Shown here: piece by piece, positions 62,345 to 62,811 of the stretch
Layout: every line of letters begins with the position of its first letter
Position numbering within the stretch: the stretch's first letter is position 1
IMG/VR virus record: IMGVR_UViG_3300038393_002510
Coordinates: 1-62,811 of that record
DNA: 62,811 bases
Direction: 5' to 3' (one strand)
From: a virus
Taxonomy: Duplodnaviria; Caudoviricetes
Made by a program: the position numbers and the translations under genes
Notes under the pieces: model-generated
What the model was told of the DNA's origin: nothing
Seen by the model: the letters and a program-made list of their open reading frames with translations, nothing else
The model's database searches: none

Positions 62345-62811
62345 CCGAAGTAGCGCTGGGCGAGCTGCGAGGCGGCCTCGCGGTCGACCCGGCTCATGCG
62401 GTTCATGAAGCCCTGCTTGAGCCCGGCCGTGTAGTCGGCGCCCTTCATGACGCCGAGCCGCCCGGCGGTGATGAGCTCGCGCGGCGAGATCGTCATGCCC
62501 ATCCGGCCGCCCTTGAAGGCCTCGCGGATGTCGTTGGCGAACTGGACGAGCTTCTTGGCGTCGTCCTTCTTGAGACCCGCCTGGCTGGCGATGACCGCGG
62601 TCTCGAGCTCCGGCTCCATGTAGGGGACCTCCTCGACGATGTGCATGCGCGAGTAGTTCGCGGCGTTCTGGATCTGGGTGCCCTGGTAGAGGCCCGTCTC
62701 GTCGCCGCCGCCGTTGGTGTTGCCGGTCGCCACGAAGCGGAAGTTCTTGTGCGGGCGGATCACCCGCATGTCCGGCGGCGCGTCCTTGATGAACAGCGGC
62801 TTGCCCTCGAG
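62341..62811 (-). CDS. CobS/MoxR-type AAA+ ATPase (5' end outside window)
   Basis: LEGKPL...HKNFRFVATGNT.G.GD.TGLYQGT, ISPRELI. Confidence 0.88.
   Translation of the reverse strand, partial: LEGKPLFIKDAPPDMRVIRPHKNFRFVATGNTNGGGDETGLYQGTQIQNAANYSRMHIVEEVPYMEPELETAVIASQAGLKKDDAKKLVQFANDIREAFKGGRMGMTISPRELITAGRLGVMKGADYTAGLKQGFMNRMSRVDREAASQLAQRYFG

Overview
A GC-rich (~65-70% by eye), mostly minus-strand segment of a large temperate phage or phage-plasmid. The gene set resembles the SSU5/pHCM2-type phage-plasmids, and the host is probably an alphaproteobacterium (inference). No virion structural genes, tRNAs, rRNAs, CRISPR arrays or IS elements are visible. The right half is a replication, recombination and nucleotide-metabolism module: CobS/MoxR AAA (partial), a sigma-like factor, DnaE fused to a UDG-like domain, UvsY-like, gp32-like SSB, 5'-3' exonuclease, RecA, SbcC/SbcD, RuvC-like, class II RNR, ThyX-like, dUTPase, dNMP kinase, rIIA/rIIB and a DEDDh exonuclease. 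The middle holds a ParA + RHH partition cassette inside a ~48-bp-periodic repeat array, plus many small accessory genes. The left end carries an operon of two ParB-like genes, an ABC ATPase, a Mom-like GNAT, a HAD phosphatase and Tad2, divergent from an SF2 helicase. The strongest signal is 8251-9000: 750 bp with no GG or CC dinucleotide. This span covers a whole 206-aa gene (no Gly, Pro or Trp), its leader and its terminators, and a normally coded paralog lies about 1.3 kb away. Further ~150-bp GG/CC-depleted islands sit inside sbcC and dnaE and in intergenic DNA, while helically phased CCATGG clusters lie just upstream of the GG-free gene. The working hypothesis is a DNA hypermodification system (ParB/ABC/GNAT) that targets GG/CC, with a modification-free pioneer gene expressed first. 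Other signals: ~22 copies of a palindromic operator, a fixed-spacing promoter class that may belong to the phage sigma factor, an ArfA-like gene with an in-CDS hairpin, a ~300-nt structured ncRNA candidate next to a DnaA box, and AT-rich synonymous recoding at catalytic motifs. All calls are by eye from motifs; no database searches were run.
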